DNA from: Pristiophorus japonicus
Lineage: Eukaryota
Assembly: GCF_044704955.1 (NCBI RefSeq)
Contig: NC_091992.1
Span: 29,946,001 to 30,010,000 of the forward strand
Reading direction: 5' to 3'
Length of the DNA stretch: 64,000 nt
The position numbers and the translations under genes were made by a program. Numbering within the stretch: position 1 is the stretch's first letter; each line of letters starts with the position of its first letter. The notes beneath the pieces were generated by a model. The model was not told where the DNA came from. It made no database searches and saw only the letters and a list, made by a program, of their open reading frames with translations. Positions 62,893-64,000 of this stretch are shown here, in pieces.

Positions 62893-64000
62893 TGTAATGC
62901 ACTTATGAATGACTCCACGAGGCAATGTGTTGTACTCAAACTGTAGTGACCTTGGTCCTTTATTCGTAACTCCAGAGTGAGGCCCAAGCATGGTGGACAG
63001 CCTTTTATACTGGGCCCTGCCATCAGGTCTCCCACCGCAGTGCCTTCTGATGGACAGCCTCTGCCACATGGGCAGGAAACCCCAGTCTCCATCAATTGCA
63101 CCCTCTAGTGGTGCCGGCATTGTATATACACAGTGTAAACCTTATTGATAGTGCATCAGGTAACAAGTCTCCATCTTATGCAACTATACAGTAACTACAC
63201 AGAGAGTATATCTATAGTCTGCATATATAACATCACTCTCCCCCAAGTCCTTTGCGCCGATTACCTTTGCACTATGTGCTCTGGCTTAGCTCTCCCCAGA
63301 TTTAAGTGCCAATAGCCCTTGCACCTTGGCTGTGCTTTGGCTTGGCTCTCTCCCTGTTAACCCCCAAGTCCTTTTGCCACAATGTTGGGTAGTGGTTATC
63401 GGTTTGGATGGTTCGATGATGCATTGGAGGTTCCAGTGGGTTCTGGGTGTGATCCATGTGTGTGTCCATGGCTACATACATCCATTTCCACCCCCCACAA
63501 AGAGAGATCATGCAGCAAGCCCGTTACATTAACATACAGGATCAGACACAGTGCAGTTACAAAGAAAGGAAGTTACAGTTTGTATCGTGACACCCCGGTT
63601 CAGTGACTTACATTCGTTACGTTTTGCGGTCGTGCACCAGGATTGGGTAGATTGCATTCATGGTTCAATCATGGTGAGCACTGAAGTAGCAATACAGATA
63701 TATGAGGACGCAGGTTTCAGAGCAACCGGATGGGGTCCTAGTCATCTGATAGTGGCGCTGTGCCCTCTGCTAGCGGGGTAGGATTGGTTCGCTGACCTAG
63801 CCAGGACTCGGGGCCTTTGCCATTGCCTAGTGGTGGGCAGAGCCACAGATGTGTGTGGCCTCCCTGCCCTCCTTTGAGGGCATCAGAATCTTCTGTCTGC
63901 TCTCTAATGATGTTGGGAACCTGGCTGTTCCAGGTCCCGTTTGGGGAACTCATTGGTTCTGACCTTTCGCTCCCAGACATGACCGAGATAGCGACTAGGT
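62893..64000 (-). mobile_element. 3' end of LTR retroelement 4 (3' LTR 62893-63232, PPT, internal sequence running off window)
   Basis: TG...CA; TATAAAA and AATAAA on minus; PPT GGGGGAGAG adjacent at 63233-63245; LTR related to solo LTR 7177. Confidence 0.85.

Overview
Repeat-dominated eukaryotic DNA, most likely intronic or intergenic sequence of a cartilaginous fish. That assignment is inferred from CR1/HER1-type LINEs, Deu-domain SINEs, LF-SINE-like and Penelope-like remnants. No intact host gene is supported, and all recognisable coding sequence derives from transposons. The window holds three full-length Mag-type Gypsy LTR retrotransposons (LTRs, tRNA-Ser-type PBS, PPT, 5-bp TSDs), the 3' end of a fourth, a solo LTR, and many CR1, L2 and RTE LINE copies, often nested. 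It also holds a PIF/Harbinger-like system: two large elements carrying homologous three-exon Myb/SANT-like genes (one with TIRs, a CAT TSD and a transposase stub) plus several related MITEs. The most notable observations are: (i) the spliced Myb-like gene pair and a chain of hairpins whose pairing is kept across diverged MITE arms; (ii) an RTE LINE with a twin-priming-type 5' inversion and TSD; (iii) a CTCF-like motif at the same position in otherwise dissimilar LTR families; (iv) a bipartite RTE-derived non-autonomous element with a 10-bp TSD. Family names come from motif recognition by eye, not database searches.
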